From: Eledone cirrhosa
Lineage: Eukaryota
NCBI GenBank assembly: GCA_964016885.1
Contig: OZ024755.1
Location: forward strand, 44,888,001 to 44,952,000
Reading direction: 5' to 3'
Length of the DNA: 64,000 bases
The translations under genes were made by a program, and so were the position numbers. Positions 46,201 to 61,800 of the stretch are shown piece by piece. Under the pieces are notes generated by a model. That model made no database searches, had not been told where the DNA came from, and saw nothing but the letters and a program-made list of their open reading frames with translations. Numbering within the stretch: position 1 is the stretch's first letter; each line of letters begins with the position of its first letter.

Positions 46201-49200
46201 CTGTTGACAGTACCAACATATACAGTGTACCACAGTTGACAGTACCAACATATACTGTGTACCACAGTTGACAGTACCAACATATACTGTGTACCATAGT
46301 TGTCAGTACCAACATATACTGTGTACCACAGTTGACAGTAACAACATATACTGTGTACCATAGTTGACAGTACCAACGTATACTGTGTACCACAGTTGAC
46401 AGTACCAACATATACCGTGTACCACAGTTGACAGTACCAACATATACTGTGTACCAGATTTGACAGTACCAACATATACTGTGTACCACTGTTGACAGTA
46501 CCAACATATACAGTGTACCAGAGTTGACAGTACTAATATATAATGTGTACCACAGTTGACAGTACAAACATATACTGTGTACCACAGTTGACAGTACTAA
46601 CATATACTGTGTACCACAGTTGACAGTATCCACGTATATGTGTACCACATATTGACAGTACCAACATATACTGTGTACCACAGTTGAGAGTACCAACGTA
46701 TACTGTGTACCACAGTTGACAGTACCAACGTATACTGTGTACGACAGTTGACAGTACCAACATATACTGTGTACCACAGTTGACAGTACCAACGTATACT
46801 GTGTACCAAAGTTGACAGTATCAACGTATATGTGTACTACATATTGACAGTACCAACATATACTGTGTACCACAGTTGACAGTACCAACGTATACTGTGT
46901 ACCACAGTTGACAGTACCAACGTATACTGTGTACCACAGTTGACAGTACCAACATATACTGTGTACCTCAGTTGACAGTACCAACATATACTGTGTACCT
47001 CAGTTGACAGTACTAACAGATACTGTGTACCAAATTTGACAGTACCAACATATACTGTGTACCTCAGTTGACAGTATCAACATATAATGTGTACCACATT
47101 TGACAGTAACAACATATACTGTGAACCACAGTTTAGAGTACCAACATATACTGTGTATCACAGTTGACAGTACCAACATATACCGTATACCACAGTTGAG
47201 AGTACCTACATATACTGTGTACCAAAGTTGACAGTACCAACATATACTGTGTACCACAGTTGACAGTACCAACGTATACTGTGTACCACAGTTGACAGTA
47301 CCAACATATACTGTGTACCACAGTTGACAGTACTAACATATACTGTGTACCATAGTTGACAGTACCAACGTATACTGTGTACCATAGTTGACAGTACCAA
47401 CATATACTGTGTACCACAGTTGACAGTACCAACATATACTGTGTACCATAGTTGACAGTACCAACGTATACTGTGTACCACAGTTGACAGTACCAACATA
47501 TACTGTGTACCACAGTTGACAGTACCAACATATACAGTGTACCACAGTTGACAGTACCAACGTATACTGTGTACCACAGTTGACAGTACCAACATATAAT
47601 GTGTACCACCGTTGACAGTACCAACATATACTGTGTATCACAGTTGCCAGTACCAACATATACCTTGTTACCACAGTTGAGAGTACCAACATATACTGTG
47701 TACCACAGTTGACAGTACCAACATATAATGTGTACCACTGTTGACAGTACCAACGTATACTGTGTACCACATTTAACAGTTCCAACATATACTGTGTACC
47801 ACAGTTATCAGTACCAACGTACACTGTGTACCACTGTTGACAGTACCAACATATACAGTGTACCACAGTTGACAGTACCAACATATACTGTGTACCACAG
47901 TTAACAGTACCAACATATACCGTGTACCACAGTTGACAGTACCAACATATACTGTGTACCACAGTTTAAAGTACCAACGTATACTGTGTACCATAGTTGA
48001 CAGTATCAACATATACTGTGTACCACAGTTGACAGTACCAACATATACTGTGTACGACAGTTGACAGTCCCAACGTATACTGTGTACCACAGTTGACAGT
48101 ACCAACATATACTGTGTACCACAGTTGACAGTACCAACATATACTGTGTACCACAGTTGGCAGTACCAACATATTCTGTGTACCACATTTGACAGTACCA
48201 ACATATACAGTGTACCACAGTTGACAGTACCAACATATATTGTGTACCACAGTTGACAGTACTAACGTATACTGTGTACCACAGTTGACAATACCAACAT
48301 ATACTGTGTACCACAGTTGACAGTACCATCATATACTGTGTACCACAGTTGACAGTACCAACATATACTGTGTACCACAGTTGACAGTACCAACGTATAC
48401 TGTGTACCACAGTTGACAGTACCAACATATACTGTGTATCACAGTTGACAGTACCAACATATACTGTGTACCACAGTTGGCAGTACCAACATATACTGTG
48501 TACCAGATTTGACAGTACCAACATATACAGTGTACCACAGTTGACAATACCAACATATACTGTGTACCACAGTTGACAGTACCAACATATACTGTGTAAC
48601 ATAGTTGACAGTACCAACGTATACTGCGTACCACAGTTGACAGTACCAACATATACTGTGTACCACAGTTGACAGTACCAACATATACTGTGTACCATAG
48701 TTGACAGTATCAACGTATATGTGTACCACTGTTGTCAGTACTAACATATGCCGTGTACCACAGTTGACAGTACCAACATATACTGTGTACCACAGTTGAC
48801 AGTACCGACATATCCTGTGTACCTCAGTTGACAGTACCAACATATACTGTGTACCACATTTCATGGTACCAACATATACTGTGTACCACAGTTGACAGTA
48901 CCAACGTATACTGTGTACCACAGTTGACAGTACCAACATATACTGTGTCCCACAGTTGACAGTACCAACATATAGTGTGTACCACAGTTGACAGTACTAA
49001 CATATACTGTGTACCACAGTTGACAGTACCAATATATTCTGTGTACCACAGTTGACAGTACCATCATATACTGTGTACCACAGTTGACAGTACTAACAGA
49101 TACTGTGTACCAGAGTTGACAGTACCAACACATACTGTGTAGCACAGTTGACAGTACCCACATATACTGGGTACCACAGTTGACAGTACCCACGTATACT

Positions 49201-51100
49201 GTGTACCACAGTTGACAGTACCAACATATAATATGTACCACAGTTGAAAGTACCAACGTATACTGTGTACCACTGTTGACAGAACCAACATATACTGTGT
49301 ACCACAGTTGACAGAACCAACATATACTGTGTACCACAGTTGATAGTACCAACATATAACGTGTACCACAGTTGAGAGTACCAACATATAATGTGTACCA
49401 CAGTTGACAGTACCAACATATATTGTGTACCACTGTTGACAGTACCAAAGTATACTGTGTACCACATTTAACAGTACCAACATATAATGTGTACCACAGT
49501 TGACAGTACCAACGTATACTGTGTACCACTGTTGACAGTACCAACGTATATTGTGTACCACAGTTGACGGTACCAACGTATACTGTGTACCACATTTGAC
49601 AGTACCAACATATACCGTGTACCACAGTTGATAGTACCAATACATACTGTGTACCATAGTTGAGAGTACCAACATATACTGTGTACCATAGTTGACAGTA
49701 CCAACGTATACTCTGTACCACATTTGAGAGTACCAACATATACCGTGTACCACAGTTGAGCGTACCAATATATACTGTGTTCCACAGTTGACAGTACCAA
49801 CATATACTGTGTACCCCAGTTGAAAGTACCAACGTATACTGTGTACCACAGTTGACAGTACCAACATATACTGTGTACCACAGTTGACAGTACCAACATA
49901 TACTGTGTACCACAGTTGACAGTACCAACGTATACTGTGTACCACATTTGACAGTACCAACATATACTTTGTACCACAGTTGACAGTACCAACATATAGT
50001 GTGTACCACAGTTGGCAATACCAACATATACTGTGTACCACAATTGACAGTACCAACATATACTGTGTACCACAGTTGAGAGTACCAACATATATTGTGT
50101 ACCACGGTTGACAGTACCAACATATAATGGGTGCCACTGTTGACAGTCCCAACATATACTGTGTACCACAGTTGACAATACCAACGTATACCGTGTACCA
50201 CAGTTGACAGTACCAACATATACTGTGTACCACAGTTGACAGTACCAACATATACTGTGTATCACAGTTGACAGTACTAACATATACTGTGTACCAGAGT
50301 TGACAGTACCAACATATACTGTGTACCATAGTTGACAGTACCAACGTATAATGTGTACCAATGTTGACAGTACCAACGTATACTGTGGACCACAGTTAAC
50401 AGTACCAACATATACTGTGTACCACAGTTGACAGTACCAACATATATTGGATACCACAGTTGACAGTACCAACATTTACTGTGTACCACTGTTGACAGTA
50501 CCAACGTGTACTGTATACCACAGTTAACAGTACCAACATATACTGTGTACCACAGTTGACAGTACCAACATATACTGTGTACCACAGTTGACAGTACCCA
50601 CATATACTGGGTATCACATTTGACAATACCATCATATACTGTGTACCACAGTTGACACTACCAACATAAACTGTGTACCATAGTTGACAGTACCAAAGTA
50701 TACTGTGTACCACAGTTGACAGTACCAACATATACTGTGTACCATAGTTGACAGAACCAACGTATACTGTGTACCATAGTTGAGAGTACCAACATATACC
50801 GTGTACCACAGTTGACAGTACCAACATATACTGTGTACCAGAGTTGACAGTACCAACATATACTGTGTACCACTGTTGACAGTACCAACATATACTGTGT
50901 ACCACTGTTGACAGTACCAACGTATACTGTGTACCACAGTTAACAGTACCAACATATAATGTGTACCACAGTTGACAGTAACAACGTATACTGTGTACCA
51001 CAGTTGACAGTACCAACGTATAATGTGTACTACAGTTGAATGTACCAACGTATACTGTGTACCACAGTTGACAGTACCAACATATACTGTGTACCACAGT
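40255..51100. repeat. Near-perfect tandem duplication, 2 x 5408 bp (169 monomer lengths)
   Basis: Constant offset of 5408 with identical translations: 40403/45811, 40566/45974, 41925/47333, 43453/48861, 44060/49468 and 44869/50277. The junction lies near 45660-45690. Confidence 0.93.
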
Positions 51101-52300
51101 TGACAGTACCAACATATACCGTGTACCACATTTGACAGTACAAACATATACTGTGTACCAAAGTTGACAGTACCAACATATACCGTAGTACCACATTTGA
51201 GAGTACCAACATATACTGTGTACCACAGTTGACAGTACCAACATATACTGTGTACCACTGTTGACAGTACCAACGTATATTGTGTACCACAGTTAACAGT
51301 ACCAACATATAATGTGTACCACAGTTGACAGTACCAACGTATACTGTGTATCACTGTTGACAGTACCAACATATAGTGTGTACCACAGATGACAGTACCA
51401 ACGGATACTGTGTACCACATTTGACAGTACCAACATATACTGTGTACCACAGCTGGCAGTACCAACATATACTGTATACCACAGTTGACAGTACCCACAT
51501 ATACTGGATACCACAGTTGACAATACCATCATATACTGTGTACGACAGTTGACAATACCAACATAAACTGTGTACCACAGTTGGCAGTACCTACATATAT
51601 TGTGTACCACAGATGAAAGTACCAACGTATACTGTGTACCACAGTTGACAGTACCAACATATACTGTGTACCACAGTTGACAGTACCAACATATACTGTG
51701 TACCACAGTTGACAGTACCAACATATACCGTGTACCACATTTGACAGTACAAACATATACTGTGTACCACAGTTGACAGTACCAACATATACCGTAGTAC
51801 CACATTTGAGAGTACCAACATATACTGTGTACCACAGTTGACAGTACCAACATATACTGTGTACCACTGTTGACAGTACCAACGTATATTGTGTACCACA
51901 GTTAACAGTACCAACATATAATGTGTACCACAGTTGACAGTACCAACGTATACTGTGTATCACTGTTGACAGTACCAACATATAGTGTGTACCACAGATG
52001 ACAGTACCAACGGATACTGTGTACCACATTTGACAGTACCAACATATACTGTGTACCACAGCTGGCAGTACCAACATATACTGTATACCACAGTTGACAG
52101 TACCCACATATACTGGATACCACAGTTGACAATACCATCATATACTGTGTACGACAGTTGACAATACCAACATAAACTGTGTACCACAGTTGGCAGTACC
52201 TACATATATTGTGTACCACAGATGAAAGTACCAACGTATACTGTGTACCACAGTTGACAGTACCAACATATACTGTGTACCACAGTTGACAGTACCAACA
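51060..52300. repeat. Tandem duplication, 2 x 609 bp (19 monomers + 1 nt); also present at about 61420-62660
   Basis: ORF offsets 51351/51960, ORF ends 51498/52107, and 61715/62324. The diagnostic 33-bp monomer ataccgtagtacc occurs once per unit. Confidence 0.88.
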
Positions 52301-54980
52301 TATACTGTGTACCAGAGTTGACAGTACCAACGTATACTGTGTACCACAGTTGACAGTACCAACATATACTGTGTACCACAGTTGACAGTACCAACATATA
52401 CTGTGTACCACAGTTGGCAGTACCAACATATACTGTGTACCACATTTGACAGTACCAACATATACTGTGTACCACAGTTGACAGTACCAACATATATTGT
52501 GTACCACAGTTGACAGTACCAACATATATTTGGTGCCACTGTTCACAGTACCAACATATACTGTTTACCACAGTTGACAGTACAAACATATACTGTGTAC
52601 CAGAGTTGACAGTACCAACATATACTGTGTACCAGAGTTGACAGTACTAACATATACTGTGTACCAGAGTTGACAGTACCAATATATACTGTGTACCACA
52701 GTTGACAGCACCAACATGTACTGTGTACCACAGTTGACAATACAAACGTATTCTGTGTACCACAGTTGACAGTACCAACATATACTGTGTACCACTGTTG
52801 ACAGTACTAAAGTATACTGTGTACCACAGTTCAGAGTACCAACATATACTGTGTATCACATTTGACAGTACCAACGTATACTGTGTACCACAGTTGACAG
52901 TACCAACATATACTGTGTACCACAGTTGACAGTACCAACATATACTGTGTACCATAGTTGACAGTACCAACGTATACTGTGTACCGCAGTTGACAGTACC
53001 AACATATACTGTGTACCATATATAACAGTACCAACGTATACTGTGTACCACAGTTGAGAGTTCTAATATATTCTGTGTACCACAGTTGACAGTACCAACA
53101 TATACTGTGTACCACAGTTGACAGTACTAACATGTACTGTGTACCACAGGTGACAATATCCACGTATATGTGTACCACAGTTGACAGTATCAACGTAATG
53201 TGTACCACATATTGACAGTACCAACAAATACTGTGTACCACAGCTGACAGTACCAACGTATACTGTGTACCACATTTGACAGTACCAACGTATACTGTGT
53301 ACCACAGTTGACAGTACCAACATATACTGTGTACCACAGTTGACAGTACCAACGTATACTGTGTACCACATTTGACAGTACCAACATATACTGTGTACCA
53401 CAGCTGGCAGTACCAACATATACTGTATACCACAGTTGACAGTACCCACATATACTGGATACCACAGTTGACAATACCATCATATACTGTGTACGACAGT
53501 TGACAATACCAACATAAACTGTGTACCACAGTTGGCAGTACCTACATATATTGTGTACCACAGATGAAAGTACCAACGTATACTGTGTACCACAGTTGAC
53601 AGTACCAACATATACTGTGTACCACAGTTGACAGTACCAACATATACTGTGTACCAGAGTTGACAGTACCAACGTATACTGTGTACCACAGTTGACAGTA
53701 CCAACATATACTGTGTACCACAGTTGACAATACCATCATATACTGTGTACGACAGTTGACAATACCAACATAAACTGTGTACCACAGTTGGCAGTACCTA
53801 CATATATTGTGTACCACAGATGAAAGTACCAACGTATACTGTGTACCACAGTTGACAGTACCAACATATACTGTGTACCACAGTTGACAGTACCAACATA
53901 TACTGTGTACCAGAGTTGACAGTACCAACGTATACTGTGTACCACAGTTGACAGTACCAACATATACTGTGTACCACAGTTGACAGTACCAACATATACT
54001 GTGTACCACAGTTGGCAGTACCAACATATACTGTGTACCACATTTGACAGTACCAACATATACTGTGTACCACAGTTGACAGTACCAACATATATTGTGT
54101 ACCACAGTTGACAGTACCAACATATATTTGGTGCCACTGTTCACAGTACCAACATATACTGTTTACCACAGTTGACAGTACAAACATATACTGTGTACCA
54201 GAGTTGACAGTACCAACATATACTGTGTACCAGAGTTGACAGTACTAACATATACTGTGTACCAGAGTTGACAGTACCAATATATACTGTGTACCACAGT
54301 TGACAGCACCAACATGTACTGTGTACCACAGTTGACAATACAAACGTATTCTGTGTACCACAGTTGACAGTACCAACATATACTGTGTACCACTGTTGAC
54401 AGTACTAAAGTATACTGTGTACCACAGTTCAGAGTACCAACATATACTGTGTATCACATTTGACAGTACCAACGTATACTGTGTACCACAGTTGACAGTA
54501 CCAACATATACTGTGTACCACAGTTGACAGTACCAACATATACTGTGTACCATAGTTGACAGTACCAACGTATACTGTGTACCGCAGTTGACAGTACCAA
54601 CATATACTGTGTACCATATATAACAGTACCAACGTATACTGTGTACCACAGTTGAGAGTACTAATATATTCTGTGTACCACAGTTGACAGTACCAACATA
54701 TACTGTGTACCACAGTTGACAGTACTAACATGTACTGTGTACCACAGGTGACAATATCCACGTATATGTGTACCACAGTTGACAGTATCAACGTAATGTG
54801 TACCACATATTGACAGTACCAACAAATACTGTGTACCACAGCTGACAGTACCAACGTATACTGTGTACCACATTTGACAGTACCAACGTATACTGTGTAC
54901 CACAGTTGACAGTACCAACATATACTGTGTACCACAGTTGACAGTACCAACGTATACTGTGTACCACATTTGACAGTACC
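52010..54980. repeat. Tandem duplication of 1342 bp whose second copy contains a 256-bp (8-monomer) duplication, giving a net offset of 1598
   Basis: ORF ends 52187/53529/53785 (offsets 1342 and 256). ORFs 52138/53736, 52543/54141 and 52647/54245 (offset 1598). Shared variants are atatttggtgcc, gacagcacc, accatatataac and acaggtgacaatatcc. Confidence 0.85.
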
Positions 54981-55959
54981 AACGTATACTGTGTACCACA
55001 GTTGACAGTACCAACGTATACTGTGTACCACATTTGACAGTACCCACGTATACTGTGTACCACAGTTGACAGTACCAACATATACTCTGTACCAGAGTTG
55101 AGAGTACCAACATATACTGTGTACCTCAGTTGACAGTATCAACATATACTGTGTACCACAGTTGACAGTACCAACATATACTGTGTACCACAGTTGACAG
55201 TACCAACATATTCTGTGTTCCACATTTGACAGTACCAACATATACTGTGTACCACAGTTGACAGTACCAACATATACTGTGTACCATAATTGACAGTACT
55301 AACATATACTGTGTACCACAGTTGAAAGTACCAACATATAATGTGTACCATAGTTGACAGTACCAACATATACTGTGAACCTTAGCCGACAGTATCAACA
55401 TATACTGTGTACCACAGTTGAGAGTACCAACATATACTGTATATCACAGTTGACAGTACCAACATATACCGTGTACCACAGTTGAGAGTACCAACATATA
55501 CGGTGTACCACAATTGACAGTACCAACATATACTGTGTACCACTGTTGACAGTAACAACGTATACTGTGTACCACAGTTAACAGTACCAACATATACTGT
55601 GTACCACAGTTGACAGTACCAACGTATACTGTGTACCAGAGTTGACACTACCAACATATACTGTGTACCACCGTTGACAGTACCAACATATACTGTGTAT
55701 CACAGTTGACAGTACCAACATATACCGTGTTACCACAATTGAGAGTACCAACATATACTGTGTACCACAGTTGACAGTACCAACATATAATGTGTACCAC
55801 TGTTGACAGTACCAACGTATACTGTGTACCACATTTAACAGTACCAACATATATTGTGTATCACAGTTATCAGTACCGACGTACACTGTGTACCACTGTT
55901 GACAGTACCAACGTATACTGCGTACCACAGTTGACAGTACCAACATATACTGTGTACCA

Positions 55960-56810
55960 CAGTTGACAGTACCAACATATACTGTGTACCACAGTTGACA
56001 GTACCAACATATCCTGTGTACCTCAGTTGACAGTACCAACATATACTGTGTACCACAGTTGACAGTACCAACATATACTATGTACCACAGTTGACAGTAC
56101 CAACGTATACTGTGTACCACAGTTGACAGTACCAACATATACTGTGTCCCACAGTTGACAGTACCAACATATACTGTGTACCACAGTTGACAGTACCAAC
56201 ATATACTGTGTAGCACAGTTGACAGTACCCACATATACTGGGTACCACAGTTGACAGAACCCACGTATACTGTGTACCACAGTTGACAGTACCAACATAT
56301 ACAGTGTACCACAGTTGACAATACCAACATATACTGTGTACTATAGTTGACAGTACCAACGTATACTGTGTACCACAGTTGACAGTACCCACATATACTG
56401 GGTACCACAGTTGACAATACCATCATAAACTGTGTACCACAGTAGACACTACCAATATAAACTGTGTACCACAGTTGACAGTACCAATATATACTGTGTA
56501 CTACAGTTAGCAGTACCAACATATACTGTGTACCACAGTTGGCAGTACCAACATATACTGTGTACCACAGTTGACAGAACCAACATATACTGTGTACCAC
56601 AGTTGACAGTACCAACATATACTGGTTGCCACTATTCACAGTACCAACATATACGGTGTACCACAGTTGACAATACCAACATATACTGTGTACCACATTT
56701 GACAGTACTAACGTATAATGTGTACCGCAGTTGGATGTACCAACGTATACTGTGTACCAGAGTTGACAGTACCAACATATTCTGTGTACCACAGTTGACA
56801 GTACCAACAT
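55960..56810. repeat. Dispersed copy of the variant block at about 570-1420; further copies at about 7230-8030 and, partially, 58060-58690
   Basis: ORF offsets 612/56023, 667/56078 and 1021/56432 (55411); 667/7253 and 1021/7607 (6586); 612/58229. The diagnostic string is gtagacactaccaatataaact ... ccactattcac ... accgcagttggatgtacc. Confidence 0.85.
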
Positions 56811-58863
56811 ATACTGTGTACTACAGTTGACAGTACCCACATATACTGGGTACCACAGTTGACAATACCATCATATACTGTGTACCACAGTTGACACTAC
56901 CAACATAAACTGTGTACCACAGTTGGCAGTACCAATATATACTGTGTACTACAGTTGAAAGTACCAACGTATACTGTGTACCACAGTTGACAGTACCAAC
57001 ATATAATGTGTACCACAGTTGAGAGTACCAACATATACTGTGTACCACAGTTGACAGTACCAACGTATACTGTGTACCACAGTTGACAGTACCAACATAT
57101 ACTGTGTACCACAGTTGACAGTACCAACATATACTGTGTACCACAGTTGGCAGTACCAACATATACTGTGTACCACATTTGACAGTACCAACATATACAG
57201 TGTACCACAGTTGACAGTACCAACATATACTGTGTACCACAGTTGACAGTACCAACATATACTGTGTACCATAGTTGACAGTACCAATGTATACTGCGTA
57301 CCACAGTTGACAGTACCAACATATACTGTGTACCACAGTTGACACTACCAACGTATACTGTGTACCACAATTGACAGTACCAACATATACAGTGTACCAG
57401 AGTTGACAGTACTAATATATAATGTGTACCACAGTTGACAGTACAAACATATAGTGTGTACCACAGTTGACAGTACTAACATATACTGTGTACCACAGTT
57501 GACAGTATCCACGTATATGTGTACCACATATTGACAGTACCAACGTATACTGTGTACCACAGTTGACAGTACCAACGTATACTGTGTACCACAGTTGACA
57601 GTACCAACATATACTGTGTACCACAGTTGACAGTACCAACATATACTGTGTACCAAAGTTGACAGTATCAACGTATATGTGTACCACATATTGACAGTAC
57701 CAACATATACTGTGTACCACAGTTGACAGTACCAACGTATACAGTGTACCACAGTTGACACTACCAAAATATACTGTGTACCACCGTTGACAGTACCAAC
57801 ATATACTGTGTATCACAGTTGACAGTACCAACATATACCGTGTTACCACAATTGAGAGTACCAACATACTGTGTACCACAGTTGACAGTACCAACATATA
57901 ATGTGTACCACTGTTGACAGTACCAACGTATACTGTGTACCACATTTAACAGTACCAACATATATTGTGTATCACAGTTATCAGTACCGACTTACACTGT
58001 GTACCACTGTTGACAGTACCAACGTATACTGCGTACCACAGTTGACAGTACCAACATATACTGTGTACCACAGTTGACAGTACCAACATATACTGTGTAC
58101 CATAGTTGACAGTATCAACGTATATGTGTACCACTGTTATCAGTACTGACATATGCTTTGTACCACAGTTGACAGTACCAACATATACCGTGTACCACAG
58201 TTGACAGTACCAACATATCCTGTGTACCTCAGTTGACAGTACCAATATATACTGTGTACCACAGTTGACAGTACCAACATATACTATGTACCACAGTTGA
58301 CAGTACCAACGTATACTGTGTACCACAGTTGACAGTACCAACATATACTGTGTCCCACAGTTGACAGTACCAACATATACTGTGTACCACAGTTGACAGT
58401 ACCAACATATACTGTGTAGCACAGTTGACAGTACCCACATATACTGGGTACCACAGTTGACAGAACCCACGTATACTGTGTACCACAGTTGACAGTACCA
58501 ACATATACAGTGTACCACAGTTGACAGTACCAACATATACTGTGTACTACAGTTGACAGTACCAACGTATACTGTGTACCACAGTTGACAGTACCAATAT
58601 ATACTGGGTGCCACTATTCACAGTACCAACATATACGGTGTACCACAGTTGACAATACCAACATATACTGTGTACCACATTTGACAGTACTAACATATAC
58701 TGTGTAACATAGTTGACAGTACCAACGTATACTGCGTACCACAGTTGACAGTACCGACATATACAGTGTACCACAGTTGACAATACCAACATATACTGTG
58801 TACCACATTTGACAGTACTAACATATACTGTGTAACATAGTTGACAGTACCAACGTATACTGC

Positions 58864-61800
58864 GTACCAGATTTGACAGTACCAACATATACAGTGTACC
58901 ACAGTTGACAATACCAACATATACTGTGTACCACAGTTGACAATACCAACATATACTGTGTAACATAGTTGACAGTACCAACGTATACTGCGTACCACAG
59001 TTGACAGTACCAACATATACTGTGTACCACAGTTGACAGTACCAACATATACTGTGTACCATAGTTGACAGTATCAACGTATATGTGTACCACTGTTGTC
59101 AGTACTAACATATGCCGTGTACCACAGTTGACAGTACCAACATATACTGTGTACCACAGTTGACAGTACCGACATATCCTGTGTACCTCAGTTGACAGTA
59201 CCAACATATACTGTGTACCACATTTCATGGTACCAACATATACTGTGTACCACAGTTGACAGTACCAACGTATACTGTGTACCACAGTTGACAGTACCAA
59301 CATATACTGTGTCCCACAGTTGACAGTACCAACATATAGTGTGTACCACAGTTGACAGTACTAACATATACTGTGTACCACAGTTGACAGTACCAATATA
59401 TTCTGTGTACCACAGTTGACAGTACCATCATATACTGTGTACCACAGTTGACAGTACTAACAGATACTGTGTACCAGAGTTGACAGTACCAACACATACT
59501 GTGTAGCACAGTTGACAGTACCCACATATACTGGGTACCACAGTTGACAGTACCCACGTATACTGTGTACCACAGTTGACAGTACCAACATATAATATGT
59601 ACCACAGTTGAAAGTACCAACGTATACTGTGTACCACTGTTGACAGAACCAACATATACTGTGTACCACAGTTGACAGAACCAACATATACTGTGTACCA
59701 CAGTTGATAGTACCAACATATAACGTGTACCACAGTTGAGAGTACCAACATATAATGTGTACCACAGTTGACAGTACCAACATATATTGTGTACCACTGT
59801 TGACAGTACCAAAGTATACTGTGTACCACATTTAACAGTACCAACATATAATGTGTACCACAGTTGACAGTACCAACGTATACTGTGTACCACTGTTGAC
59901 AGTACCAACGTATATTGTGTACCACAGTTGACGGTACCAACGTATACTGTGTACCACATTTGACAGTACCAACATATACCGTGTACCACAGTTGATAGTA
60001 CCAATACATACTGTGTACCATAGTTGAGAGTACCAACATATACTGTGTACCATAGTTGACAGTACCAACGTATACTCTGTACCACATTTGAGAGTACCAA
60101 CATATACCGTGTACCACAGTTGAGCGTACCAATATATACTGTGTTCCACAGTTGACAGTACCAACATATACTGTGTACCCCAGTTGAAAGTACCAACGTA
60201 TACTGTGTACCACAGTTGACAGTACCAACATATACTGTGTACCACAGTTGACAGTACCAACATATACTGTGTACCACAGTTGACAGTACCAACGTATACT
60301 GTGTACCACATTTGACAGTACCAACATATACTTTGTACCACAGTTGACAGTACCAACATATAGTGTGTACCACAGTTGGCAATACCAACATATACTGTGT
60401 ACCACAATTGACAGTACCAACATATACTGTGTACCACAGTTGAGAGTACCAACATATATTGTGTACCACGGTTGACAGTACCAACATATAATGGGTGCCA
60501 CTGTTGACAGTCCCAACATATACTGTGTACCACAGTTGACAATACCAACGTATACTGTGTACCACAGTTGACAGTACCAACATATACTGTGTACCACAGT
60601 TGACAGTACCAACATATACTGTGTATCACAGTTGACAGTACTAACATATACTGTGTACCAGAGTTGACAGTACCAACATATACTGTGTACCATAGTTGAC
60701 AGTACCAACGTATAATGTGTACCAATGTTGACAGTACCAACGTATACTGTGGACCACAGTTAACAGTACCAACATATACTGTGTACCACAGTTGACAGTA
60801 CCAACATATATTGGATACCACAGTTGACAGTACCAACATTTACTGTGTACCACTGTTGACAGTACCAACGTGTACTGTATACCACAGTTAACAGTACCAA
60901 CATATACTGTGTACCACAGTTGACAGTACCAACATATACTGTGTACCACAGTTGACAGTACCCACATATACTGGGTATCACATTTGACAATACCATCATA
61001 TACTGTGTACCACAGTTGACACTACCAACATAAACTGTGTACCATAGTTGACAGTACCAAAGTATACTGTGTACCACAGTTGACAGTACCAACATATACT
61101 GTGTACCATAGTTGACAGAACCAACGTATACTGTGTACCATAGTTGAGAGTACCAACATATACCGTGTACCACAGTTGACAGTACCAACATATACTGTGT
61201 ACCAGAGTTGACAGTACCAACATATACTGTGTACCACTGTTGACAGTACCAACATATACTGTGTACCACTGTTGACAGTACCAACGTATACTGTGTACCA
61301 CAGTTAACAGTACCAACATATAATGTGTACCACAGTTGACAGTAACAACGTATACTGTGTACTACAGTTGACAGTACCAACGTATAATGTGTACTACAGT
61401 TGAATGTACCAACGTATACTGTGTACCACAGTTGACAGTACCAACATATACTGTGTACCACAGTTGACAGTACCAACATATACCGTGTACCACATTTGAC
61501 AGTACAAACATATACTGTGTACCACAGTTGACAGTACCAACATATACCGTAGTACCACATTTGAGAGTACCAACATATACTGTGTACCACAGTTGACAGT
61601 ACCAACATATACTGTGTACCACTGTTGACAGTACCAACGTATATTGTGTACCACAGTTAACAGTACCAACATATAATGTGTACCACAGTTGACAGTACCA
61701 ACGTATACTGTGTATCACTGTTGACAGTACCAACATATAGTGTGTACCACAGATGACAGTACCAACGGATACTGTGTACCACATTTGACAGTACCAACAT

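Larger units (their letters stand above)
30805..52370. repeat. Super-unit copy 2 (about 21.5 kb: a core of about 15.5 kb plus internal 5408-bp and 609-bp duplications)
   Basis: It carries the same ordered variants as 11320-30830. Offset changes are accounted for by whole-monomer gains or losses, the internal duplications and three 1-2 nt indels. Confidence 0.85.
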
